Below are positions 27,239 to 34,827 of a stretch of 37,606 nucleotides of DNA, in pieces. The stretch spans positions 1 through 37,606 of the forward strand of contig JBEKWR010000018.1 in NCBI GenBank assembly GCA_049512935.1, given 5' to 3'. Each line of letters starts with the position of its first letter. Position 1 is the stretch's first letter. The position numbers and the translations under genes are program-made. Source of the stretch: Candidatus Bathyarchaeia archaeon. GTDB taxonomy: Archaea > Thermoproteota > Bathyarchaeia > Bathyarchaeales > Bathycorpusculaceae. The notes beneath the pieces were generated by a model. The model ran no database searches. It was given only the letters and a program-made list of their open reading frames with translations, and had not been told where the DNA came from.

Positions 27239-28093
27239 TTACCTTAAAAGTCTCTCAGCATCAACCGTGTAGCCGCAGTTGGTGAGTTCACGTATGAGGG
27301 TAAGCTTCCAACTGTCGCGGTCATCTAGGGCTGTGAATTTAACGCCTTCAAAATCTATTGGAAAGGCAAAGTTTGAGCTTTCCCGATAGAAGGCAAGCAC
27401 CTTATCCTTCCCAAGTTTCCCCAATAAGAAGCCAAACATCAAAGTCACGTCTTGCTTTGGGATGCGTTCGCGTTTTGTAGCTTCTTCACCCTTCGGGTAA
27501 ACGTAAACGTCAGGCGAAAGCAACACCAAAGCAAAGCCCACATCGGCGTAGTCTGCGAAGCGGTCGACGATTTTTTTGCCCTGGACGGGTTCTTCACTCA
27601 TGACTATGGCGGCGAGACCGAGTTTTCTCAAAGCTCCAGTGATGGTTTGCTTCATTATTTCATCTGTTCCAGAAACAACGATTATTCGCCGCGGTATGCC
27701 ACTTGGGGTTAAAAATACGGGTTGAGCTTGTGTGGCTTGCGCCGATTTTTTTTGGGTAACAGCCACAAATTCCTCAGTGCATAGGTAAACGCCTTTGACT
27801 TTGCCTTTGAGGATGTTGTCGATGAGGTATTTTTTGTCTTTAGCTGCTATGAGGCTTTCATGGTTGGGTAAGTGCAGTTGGTCAGCTGTTTGGTAGGACC
27901 AAAAGATAACGATTTTGGCGACTTTGATTGGGTTGAGGAGACGTCCCATAAACCAGAAGGGTTCGCTGTTGGCAAATGGTTCTTGGATTTTCCCTATTAG
28001 TTCTGCGTGGGAAACGTTGAAGCGAAAGCCAGACTTGTCAGGCTCACTGTACTCGATGTAGATGTGATATTTGGGCGTCTGCACGTTAATCAA
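27239..28093 (-). CDS. TIR-like nucleotide-binding domain protein (CAP12/Pycsar-effector-type TIR) with an uncharacterised N-terminal domain
   Basis: RIIVVSGTDE...LRKLGL..I.M.E.P.QG..IVDRF...ADVGFALVLLSPD...GFLLGKLGK.KV...FP.DFEGV...WKL.L.REL...GY matches this TIR pattern. The start is uncertain (28084, 28093 or 28171). Confidence 0.8.
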   Translation of the reverse strand: MINVQTPKYHIYIEYSEPDKSGFRFNVSHAELIGKIQEPFANSEPFWFMGRLLNPIKVAKIVIFWSYQTADQLHLPNHESLIAAKDKKYLIDNILKGKVKGVYLCTEEFVAVTQKKSAQATQAQPVFLTPSGIPRRIIVVSGTDEIMKQTITGALRKLGLAAIVMSEEPVQGKKIVDRFADYADVGFALVLLSPDVYVYPKGEEATKRERIPKQDVTLMFGFLLGKLGKDKVLAFYRESSNFAFPIDFEGVKFTALDDRDSWKLTLIRELTNCGYTVDAERLLR

Positions 28094-28246
28094 GCGTAGT
28101 GTGGGTGGTCTAGGCACTAAAACGTTGCCCTGTGCCTTCTGCTTGTGGCAGTCTCCACAAACAGCCAGCAACTCTTAGCAATTCTAGGCTTAAATACAAG
28201 AACCTAGATGACATTCGCTATAAACTACTGAGGATGAATCGGGAAA

Positions 28247-29119
28247 ATGCTTGCTTTAGAACTGAGCAATGTTTCCTCTGGCTATAATAAGCAAGTTGTA
28301 TTGCATGATATAAGCTTTAAACTGCAAGAGCCATCAATCTACGTTGTTTTGGGGCCAAACGGCGTGGGCAAGACAACTCTTTTTAGGACAATCGCGGGTA
28401 TTCTGGAGCCATTTAGCGGCAATATTCTTCTTGACGGACAAAACATAACTAGCTCACGTGAAGCCCGTAAAAAGCTGAGTTTCTTCTCCCAAAACGCAAT
28501 GCCTGAAGAGATGACAGTGTACCAGGCACTCAAGTTCTATTCCAACTTGGAGGGAGGAGACCCAGACAAGGTACTTGAATTGCTCGACCTCAGCGAACTG
28601 AGGGATAAACGATTTTCAGATCTTTCTCAGGGACAAAAGAAGAGGGCGTCACTAGCGAAAGTGTTTTTGTGCGAAAGAGACCTCTACCTATTAGATGAAC
28701 CCACGGCAAATCTGGACCCAGTAGTTTCAAAAGAAATTCGTGATATTATATTAAAGCTAAGCAAGGACAAAATGATTCTGTACTCTTCGCATAATCTTTA
28801 TGAAGCAACCGACATCGGCACTTACCTGGTCCTAATCAAGAATGGCTCAGTTTCAACGTTTGATAGAATCTCAAACATCAAGCCCAAGAATTACCGTGTA
28901 GGCATCAAAACCCAAACGGACATAACAAAAATTGTCGATGCCAAACGCGAGGGCGACTACTACGTCTTAAGCGTATCCAGCCCTGAAGAAGCAGGACTTA
29001 CCCTCAAAAAACTCGTTGAAAAAGGCGTCTTAGTCACTGAAATGCGCCAATTAGATAATCCATTGCAGGAACTATTTGAATCACCCAGCACTCAAAACGC
29101 AGGGAGGCATGAGAAATGA
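28247..29119 (+). CDS. ABC transporter ATP-binding protein (ABC-2/multidrug type)
   Basis: GPNGVGKTT, LSQGQ, LLDEPTANLD and SSH. Confidence 0.93.
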   Translation: MLALELSNVSSGYNKQVVLHDISFKLQEPSIYVVLGPNGVGKTTLFRTIAGILEPFSGNILLDGQNITSSREARKKLSFFSQNAMPEEMTVYQALKFYSNLEGGDPDKVLELLDLSELRDKRFSDLSQGQKKRASLAKVFLCERDLYLLDEPTANLDPVVSKEIRDIILKLSKDKMILYSSHNLYEATDIGTYLVLIKNGSVSTFDRISNIKPKNYRVGIKTQTDITKIVDAKREGDYYVLSVSSPEEAGLTLKKLVEKGVLVTEMRQLDNPLQELFESPSTQNAGRHEK

Positions 29120-29796
29120 ACAATACGTTGGTTTTTGTAAAGCGTAGCCTCAACCTAAGTAAAATATTGACAGGAATGGGGATGGGTCTTGCAGGCCTTG
29201 GGATCTTTGTGATATTTGCCCTATCTCTTCTTGCAGGAAGTTCAAGTGCGGCGGTCTTTGTCCTTCCGGTCTCGTTTATGTCTCTTGGGCTTCTAATTTT
29301 TGCAACACCGGTTACACTTCTTTACGTTTATGATAAGAACAACGGTGTGTTGGAGTATTTGCTTTCTCTTGGTTGGAATCAAAGCGATATCTTCAAGCAA
29401 TACCTGAAAGCCGCTCTCTTCCTTGCCCTAATCCTCTTCATAGGCGAAGGCGCCGCGATTCTGATTGCAGGTGCTATTGCAGGGTTAATGGCGGTCTTTG
29501 CTTTGGATTTGTTGATGCTGTTTCTAACGGCATTTATGGGTTTTTCCGTGGTTTCGTTGGTTACTGTGGCTATGATGGCTTTTAGCTCGTTACAGAAGCA
29601 ACGAGTGGGCGCTAACACTCCTCTCGGCATGGCGATTGGCGTCCCGTTCATATTTCCGACCTTTTACCTTTCTTTCCTCGGATTCAGCCCAGAACTGATA
29701 ATTTACCTATTGCTTTGCACTTTAGCCGCTGCCCTGTCAGTTGCGTTGCTGCTTCTGTCAAGCAGGCTTATTAGAAGAGAAAAAATGCTACCATAA
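29116..29796 (+). CDS. ABC-2-type permease
   Basis: Six TM helices, the YDKNNGVLEYLLSL motif and an ATGA overlap with the ATPase gene. Confidence 0.8.
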   Translation: MNNTLVFVKRSLNLSKILTGMGMGLAGLGIFVIFALSLLAGSSSAAVFVLPVSFMSLGLLIFATPVTLLYVYDKNNGVLEYLLSLGWNQSDIFKQYLKAALFLALILFIGEGAAILIAGAIAGLMAVFALDLLMLFLTAFMGFSVVSLVTVAMMAFSSLQKQRVGANTPLGMAIGVPFIFPTFYLSFLGFSPELIIYLLLCTLAAALSVALLLLSSRLIRREKMLP

Positions 29797-30009
29797 CATA
29801 GAAAGAGTTGCCAACTCATCAAACAGCGGTCGTTTTTTAAGCAAGATGTTATATCTTCTGCGCTGAATTTGGCGGGGGAGCACATGCTCCAGGCTATTCT
29901 CTATCCGCCCCCCTCACCCAAAAGTTGGGAATGCGGTTTTCTAAATTGACCCATAAACGAGGCAGAAGAAACCTTAAAACTCACCTGTTGAGAAAACCCG
30001 GCTTTTTAG

Positions 30010-30068
30010 TGGTGCCGGGGGTGGGACATAGCCCACGAAGCCCTGCGCCAGAGGATCTTAAGTCCTCC
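30010..30068 (-). pseudogene. tRNA-Leu(TAA) 3' fragment, copy 2 (att-like remnant)
   Basis: The reverse complement reads GAGGA CTTAAGA TCCTC TGGCGCAGGGCTTC GTGGG CTATGT CCCAC CCCCGGC A CCA. It has an intact anticodon arm (TAA), a long variable arm and a damaged T loop, but no D arm or 5' acceptor strand. Confidence 0.85.
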
Positions 30069-30138
30069 TCCATCAAAATGTTGGAAGGTTATCAGGGAAA
30101 GGGAAAGCTTAAGAATTTCCAAGCTCATATGCAAACAT

Positions 30139-30342
30139 ATGCTCAGATATAGGGTTATAATTGAAAAGGATGAAGATGGCGTTCTTATCGCTAGAGTTCC
30201 CGACCTGCCTGGATGCGCTACCGAAGGGAACACAAAGCAAGAACTTATGAAAAACGTTAGGGAAGCAATACAGGCGTACCTTGAGGCGCTAAAGCAGCAC
30301 GGCGAGCCAGTTCCTATTGAAACGGTGCAAATCATTGTTTAG
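30139..30342 (+). CDS. hicB: HicB-family antitoxin (short form, no DNA-binding domain)
   Basis: YRVIIEKDEDG..IARVPDLPGCATEG.T..E...NVREAI..YLE. Confidence 0.93.
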   Translation: MLRYRVIIEKDEDGVLIARVPDLPGCATEGNTKQELMKNVREAIQAYLEALKQHGEPVPIETVQIIV

Positions 30343-30592
30343 ATTAACGCCTGTTAATTATGATAAAGTAGTCAAGGCTCTCGTAGGCATCGGCTACACA
30401 GTTAACAATCAGAAGGGCAGCCACATAGTTTTGCGACTTTCAGACAAAGAAAAATACATTTCATTGTTCGGTTGTAGAAAAAATGAGACCATGATAGTTG
30501 TTCCTGCACACAAACCGCTTGGGAAAGGAATGTTACGCACCATTATCATGGAAGCTGACCTTTCAGTTGAAGAATTCAATAAACTGCTTTGA
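30335..30592 (+). CDS. hicA: HicA-family mRNA interferase toxin
   Basis: VVKAL..IGY....QKGSHIVL...VVPAHKPLGKGMLRTII.EA.LSVEEF. The TTG at 30335 overlaps the hicB end; the ORF track starts at 30317. Confidence 0.9.
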   Translation: MFRLTPVNYDKVVKALVGIGYTVNNQKGSHIVLRLSDKEKYISLFGCRKNETMIVVPAHKPLGKGMLRTIIMEADLSVEEFNKLL

Positions 30593-30638
30593 AAACCAAG
30601 ACACTCCGTAGTTAGCATTTTTCTTTTTGAGTTTATAG

Positions 30639-30668
30639 TGGTGCCGGGGGTGGGACTTGAACCCACGA
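30639..30668 (-). pseudogene. tRNA 3' fragment, copy 3 (T arm, acceptor strand and CCA)
   Basis: The reverse complement reads TCGTGGGTTCAAGTCCCACCCCCGGCACCA, the same end as copies 1 and 2. Confidence 0.8.
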
Positions 30669-30736
30669 CGCATCAACCGCAAGAAGCATAAAACGCAAAG
30701 CCAAAAAATCAAACCTAGAAAACTAGCGACCCAAAA

Positions 30737-30910
30737 CCCGCCCATAACCGACAATAAGCTCAACATGGAGTCAACATGGAAAGTCGCATCCCGCCCATAC
30801 GAAAGTCGCAACAAGCAAACAGCTTCAAGCCCCAAACCAAAAAAGCAACAGGGAACGCAAACTGCCAAGGTGGAAAGTCGCAACTTTCCCGTAGCGGAAA
30901 GTCGCAACTT
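30737..30910 (+). repeat. Cluster of short direct and inverted repeats
   Basis: GAAAGTCGCA at 30779, 30801, 30873 and 30897; tandem TCAACATGGA at 30760 and 30771; CCCGCCCATA at 30737 and 30790; hairpin GGAAAGT-CGCA-ACTTTCC at 30872-30889. Confidence 0.8.
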
Positions 30911-31029
30911 AAAAATATCTAGAAAAAGAAAACCGAAAAACCTCCAAAAACCCAATCAGACCCGAAAACCGTCAATTATGGAATAAGCTTAAATTTTCAG
31001 GCTAACAGTGGGTATTCGGGTAAAAAAAC

Positions 31030-32478
31030 TTGCGGAAGCTTGCATGCGCAATCCTGATAACTGCACTAATCCTCATGGGACTTCTGTACGCGGAAAACGT
31101 CCACGCGGATTCGCTTGAAATCGGAACCATAAACACAAGCATGGCATGGACAAGCTCAGGAAGCCCATACACGCTCACGGGAAACGTATTTATCGAAAAC
31201 GGCGCGACATTAACCATTCAGCCAGGAGTAACCGTAAACCTGGAAAGCTACCAAATCCAAGTGTACGGCGTCTTAAACGCGCAAGGACAAAACGGCAACC
31301 CCATAGTTTTCCAAGGCAACAGCGGCAACTCCGCAAGCATAACCTTTAACACGGCATCTTCAGGCTCCACAATAAGCTACGCCAACATCTACTCAGTTTC
31401 AATCAGCATCACGCAGGGTTCACCGACAATAAGCAACAATTACTTCAGCGGAACCCAAACATCCCCAATAATCACCATAAACAACAACCAGTTTTCCACA
31501 ACTGCAATAACGGGCAACAGCTTAAACGTCGCTTCAACCGACGGAATCGACGTGGAAAGCGGCTCAGCTTCAATCACAGGAAACCTAATCGTAGGCCAAG
31601 ACTATACAGGCGTCTACGGAATCTACACCGCAGCCTCAACCAGCGTCGCCATATCAAGCAATAATATAACACACTGCTTCTCAGGCATCTGGACATTAGG
31701 CTCATCAAGCATAGAGCAGAACAACATCATGAACAACGATAACGACGGAGTCTGCAGCGGCCCAAACTCTGTTTCCACAATTGAATACAACGCGATCGCC
31801 GATAACATCTGCGGAGTCAGCGGTTCAGGAACTATCGAAGACAACACCATCACAGCAAACTCAGCGGGACTTTGGAGCCCTTCAGGAACCATAGAATACA
31901 ACAACATATTCAACAATTACAACTACACTGGCGGATACACCCAAAACATCCACTTAACTGATTCAAACAACCTATACGCTGCAAACAACTGGTGGGGATC
32001 AACCGACATACCAACAATTAACCAAACAATCTGGGACAGCAAAAACGACACAATCCACTTAGGCACAGTAACTTTCGAACCAGCTTTGAACGCGCCAAAC
32101 CCAAATGCACCAACAGTCCCATCTTTCATTTCTACCCCAACACCACTGCCAACGTCAACTCCCACAAGTACCCCGATCTACACAACACCATCTCCAACTC
32201 CATACGTCGAACCCACCTTATTCCCGACACCTATCCCAACTTCCCCGCTTCTGCAACAAGAGACACCACATGCAATAACAGGCAACCTCAACAATTCAAA
32301 CATAGACAGCATCCTCGTCATCGCGATTGCCTTCATTTTAGCCGCCTCAATAATTGTCGTCCTGAATATAAAATTCGGAAGAGCAAAAGCATCCCAGCCG
32401 ACCAAACGGCGAAAACGCAAACGCAAAAACGCCAAAGCGGGCTCAGCTAAGCCACCCGTCCAATCTTCTCAAGGCTAG
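31030..32478 (+). CDS. Cell-surface right-handed parallel beta-helix (NosD/CASH-like) protein with Pro/Thr linker and C-terminal anchor
   Basis: Signal peptide, WT..GSPY.LTGNV....GATLTI.PG, repeated I..N.I..N..G, ANNWWG, a PT-rich linker, a TM helix and a basic tail. Confidence 0.85.
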   Translation: MRKLACAILITALILMGLLYAENVHADSLEIGTINTSMAWTSSGSPYTLTGNVFIENGATLTIQPGVTVNLESYQIQVYGVLNAQGQNGNPIVFQGNSGNSASITFNTASSGSTISYANIYSVSISITQGSPTISNNYFSGTQTSPIITINNNQFSTTAITGNSLNVASTDGIDVESGSASITGNLIVGQDYTGVYGIYTAASTSVAISSNNITHCFSGIWTLGSSSIEQNNIMNNDNDGVCSGPNSVSTIEYNAIADNICGVSGSGTIEDNTITANSAGLWSPSGTIEYNNIFNNYNYTGGYTQNIHLTDSNNLYAANNWWGSTDIPTINQTIWDSKNDTIHLGTVTFEPALNAPNPNAPTVPSFISTPTPLPTSTPTSTPIYTTPSPTPYVEPTLFPTPIPTSPLLQQETPHAITGNLNNSNIDSILVIAIAFILAASIIVVLNIKFGRAKASQPTKRRKRKRKNAKAGSAKPPVQSSQG

Positions 32479-32521
32479 TGTTTTTTATAAGCGAGCTGTG
32501 ATTCTTGTTTAGGCTTCAGCT

Positions 32522-34150
32522 TTGAGTTCCTTTGAAATTAAACAGAAAGACCTGCTGGGCAGAATAGGCAAACTGAAAACGAAAAGTGGAACAGTGGAGA
32601 CTCCACTTCTTTATCCAGTAATCAACCCCAGCATCCAGCTTGTCACGCCTCGAAAGCTCAAGGAAACCTACGGGTTTGAAGCCATCATAACTAACTCGTA
32701 CATACTCAGAAACCGTTACGGCGACCGAGTCGTTAACGAAGGATTGCACAAGTTTCTAGGTTACGACGGCGCAGTCATGACGGATTCAGGAGCCTACCAG
32801 ATTCTTGTCTACGGCGAAGTTGAAGTCAGCCAGAAAGAAATCGTCGCTTACCAAGAAGGCATCGACAGCGACATCGCCACCATGCTTGACATCCCGACAG
32901 GATGGAAAATAACCAAAGAACAAGCGCAAATGACCGTAGATGAAACCCTAAGCAGGGCAAAAGACTTCTTCCAAACCAAGACGCGGGACGACATCCTATG
33001 GGTTGGACCCGTCCAGGGCGGAAGACACTTGGACCTCGTCGCAAAATCAGCGGTTGAAATGGGAAAACTCCCCTTCCAAATCCACGCACTCGGAAGCCCA
33101 ACAGAAGTGATGCAAAGCTACCGCTACGATGTCTTAGCAGACATGATTTTAACCGCAAAAAAAGGCTTACCCATTGAACGCCCGCTGCACCTTTTCGGCG
33201 CTGGACACCCATCCATGTTCTCTTTGGCTGTGGCGCTTGGCTGCGACCTTTTCGATTCAGCCGCATACGCACTGTACGCTCGCGAAGACCGTTACATGAC
33301 TGAGAACGGCACGTGGCGTCTTGGAGAGCTTGATTACTTCCCATGCTGTTGCCCTCGATGCTCATCGGAAACGCCGAAGGGCTTGGTGAAGGAGCCGAAG
33401 GAGGAACGGGAGGTTTTCTTGGCTGAGCACAACCTTTACGTCTGCATGGCTGAGATTAAACGCATCAAACAAGCCATAAGGGAAGGCAGGCTTTGGGAGC
33501 ACACGGAAATGCGGGTTCACGGTCACCCAGCGCTGCTTTCAGCCCTCAAGAAACTCCGCAATCACGGTGAACTCCTTGAAACATACAGTCCAACGGTGAA
33601 AAGCAGCGGATTCTTCTATTTTGACTCCGTAGGGCTTGTGCGTCCAGAAATCACCCGTTACCGTAAACGACTAGCCGAACGCTATGACCCGCCGAAAGAA
33701 GCCAAAGTCCTTTTCCTCGTGCCACAAACGAGAAATAAGCCGTTCCATAAAGCGCCAGAATTCAAGAAGATAAGGCAACTTTTCCGCAGTTTAGGGGACG
33801 AGTTGACGGGGAAAATTCATGTTTGTGTTTACGCTGCCCCGTTCGGAGTTGTCCCGTTGGAGCTTGACGAGGTTTACCCGCTTAGTCAGCATGAGGCTGC
33901 GGTGCCGCTTGACGTGGAAACCGTGGATTACGTGGCAAGCCAAGCGGCAGAGTACATCGAACGTTCGTCTTACACAGGCGTAGTTTTGCTGAATGACCCT
34001 AAACTCTGGCGTGACACCGTTGAATCTGCAGTTGCGACGGCTTGCGGCACTAAAGGTTTAGCGTTTGAATCGGTTGAAGCAGACGCGTCGAAGAGCAAAG
34101 AGATTTTAGTCGGTTTAAGCAACATTCTGCGAAAACAGTTGGGTGAGTAA
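32522..34150 (+). CDS. tgtA: tRNA-guanine(15) transglycosylase (archaeosine pathway)
   Basis: GRIGKL, ETP, MTDSGAYQ, PVQGG, HLFGAGHP, GCDLFDSAAY and the Zn site CCCPRC...EHNL. Confidence 0.95.
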   Translation: MSSFEIKQKDLLGRIGKLKTKSGTVETPLLYPVINPSIQLVTPRKLKETYGFEAIITNSYILRNRYGDRVVNEGLHKFLGYDGAVMTDSGAYQILVYGEVEVSQKEIVAYQEGIDSDIATMLDIPTGWKITKEQAQMTVDETLSRAKDFFQTKTRDDILWVGPVQGGRHLDLVAKSAVEMGKLPFQIHALGSPTEVMQSYRYDVLADMILTAKKGLPIERPLHLFGAGHPSMFSLAVALGCDLFDSAAYALYAREDRYMTENGTWRLGELDYFPCCCPRCSSETPKGLVKEPKEEREVFLAEHNLYVCMAEIKRIKQAIREGRLWEHTEMRVHGHPALLSALKKLRNHGELLETYSPTVKSSGFFYFDSVGLVRPEITRYRKRLAERYDPPKEAKVLFLVPQTRNKPFHKAPEFKKIRQLFRSLGDELTGKIHVCVYAAPFGVVPLELDEVYPLSQHEAAVPLDVETVDYVASQAAEYIERSSYTGVVLLNDPKLWRDTVESAVATACGTKGLAFESVEADASKSKEILVGLSNILRKQLGE

Positions 34151-34152
34151 AG

Positions 34153-34746
34153 TTGATTCAAGCCGACCTGCATATTCACACTGTTTACTCTTCTGATTCG
34201 CTTATTCAACCCAAAACGCTTGTTGACATGCTTTGTGCGCACAGTTTCATCAAGGTTGCAGCCGTAACTGACCATGACAGCGTCAGGGGCATTAAGGCTA
34301 CGGTTGAGTTGGCTTCTGCTTACCCTGACATCCTAATCGTTCCAGGTGTCGAGATTAGCACGGAGCTTGGTGACGTTCTGGTTTTAGGAACCGACGAGTT
34401 GCCGCCGAAACCTTGGACTCCCGAATCCGTGGTTTACTACGCCAGGGGCATCGGTGCTGTTACGGTTGTGGCGCATCCATTCCGCGAGTACGGCATGGGG
34501 GATCTGGCGAGAAACTACAAGTTTGACGCAGTTGAGGTTCTTAACGGAAATTCGTCGGCTAAGGCGAACAGCGAGGCTAAAGCTCTGGCGAAAAGCATGG
34601 GTTTGCCTGGCACCGCGGGCAGCGACGCTCATCAAGTGTCAGAGTTGTTCAGCGTCAACGCGAAGATTGATTGTTCGCTGAGCGTCGAAGGAGTTTTAAA
34701 GGCGATTAAGAAGGGTTCCGTGTCTGCTCAGGTGACAAAGGGATAA
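34153..34746 (+). CDS. PHP-domain metallophosphoesterase
   Basis: DLHIHT..S.D, VTDHD, PGVEIST, AHP and GSDAH. Confidence 0.9.
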   Translation: MIQADLHIHTVYSSDSLIQPKTLVDMLCAHSFIKVAAVTDHDSVRGIKATVELASAYPDILIVPGVEISTELGDVLVLGTDELPPKPWTPESVVYYARGIGAVTVVAHPFREYGMGDLARNYKFDAVEVLNGNSSAKANSEAKALAKSMGLPGTAGSDAHQVSELFSVNAKIDCSLSVEGVLKAIKKGSVSAQVTKG

Positions 34747-34827
34747 ATATGTTTTTAAAAGAGCAAAGTTTAATTTCTAAATGTTAAGGGGTAACTTAAA
34801 GACAGAACGACAGAGGATTGGTTCTAT

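Noticed and set aside
29870-29915. GC-rich TGGCGGGGGAGCACATGCTCC segment as a further tRNA end
   Set aside because: No T-loop consensus; only a short inverted repeat.
30010-30068. Functional tRNA-Leu(TAA) gene
   Set aside because: The D arm and 5' acceptor strand are absent and the T loop is mutated; no bulge-helix-bulge or split-tRNA leader was recognised.
30563-30986. ORFs 30657..30986 (+) and 30563..30955 (-), and a possible CRISPR array
   Set aside because: The ORFs are translations of skewed repeat DNA. The repeats are 10-13 bp with irregular spacing and there are no cas genes.
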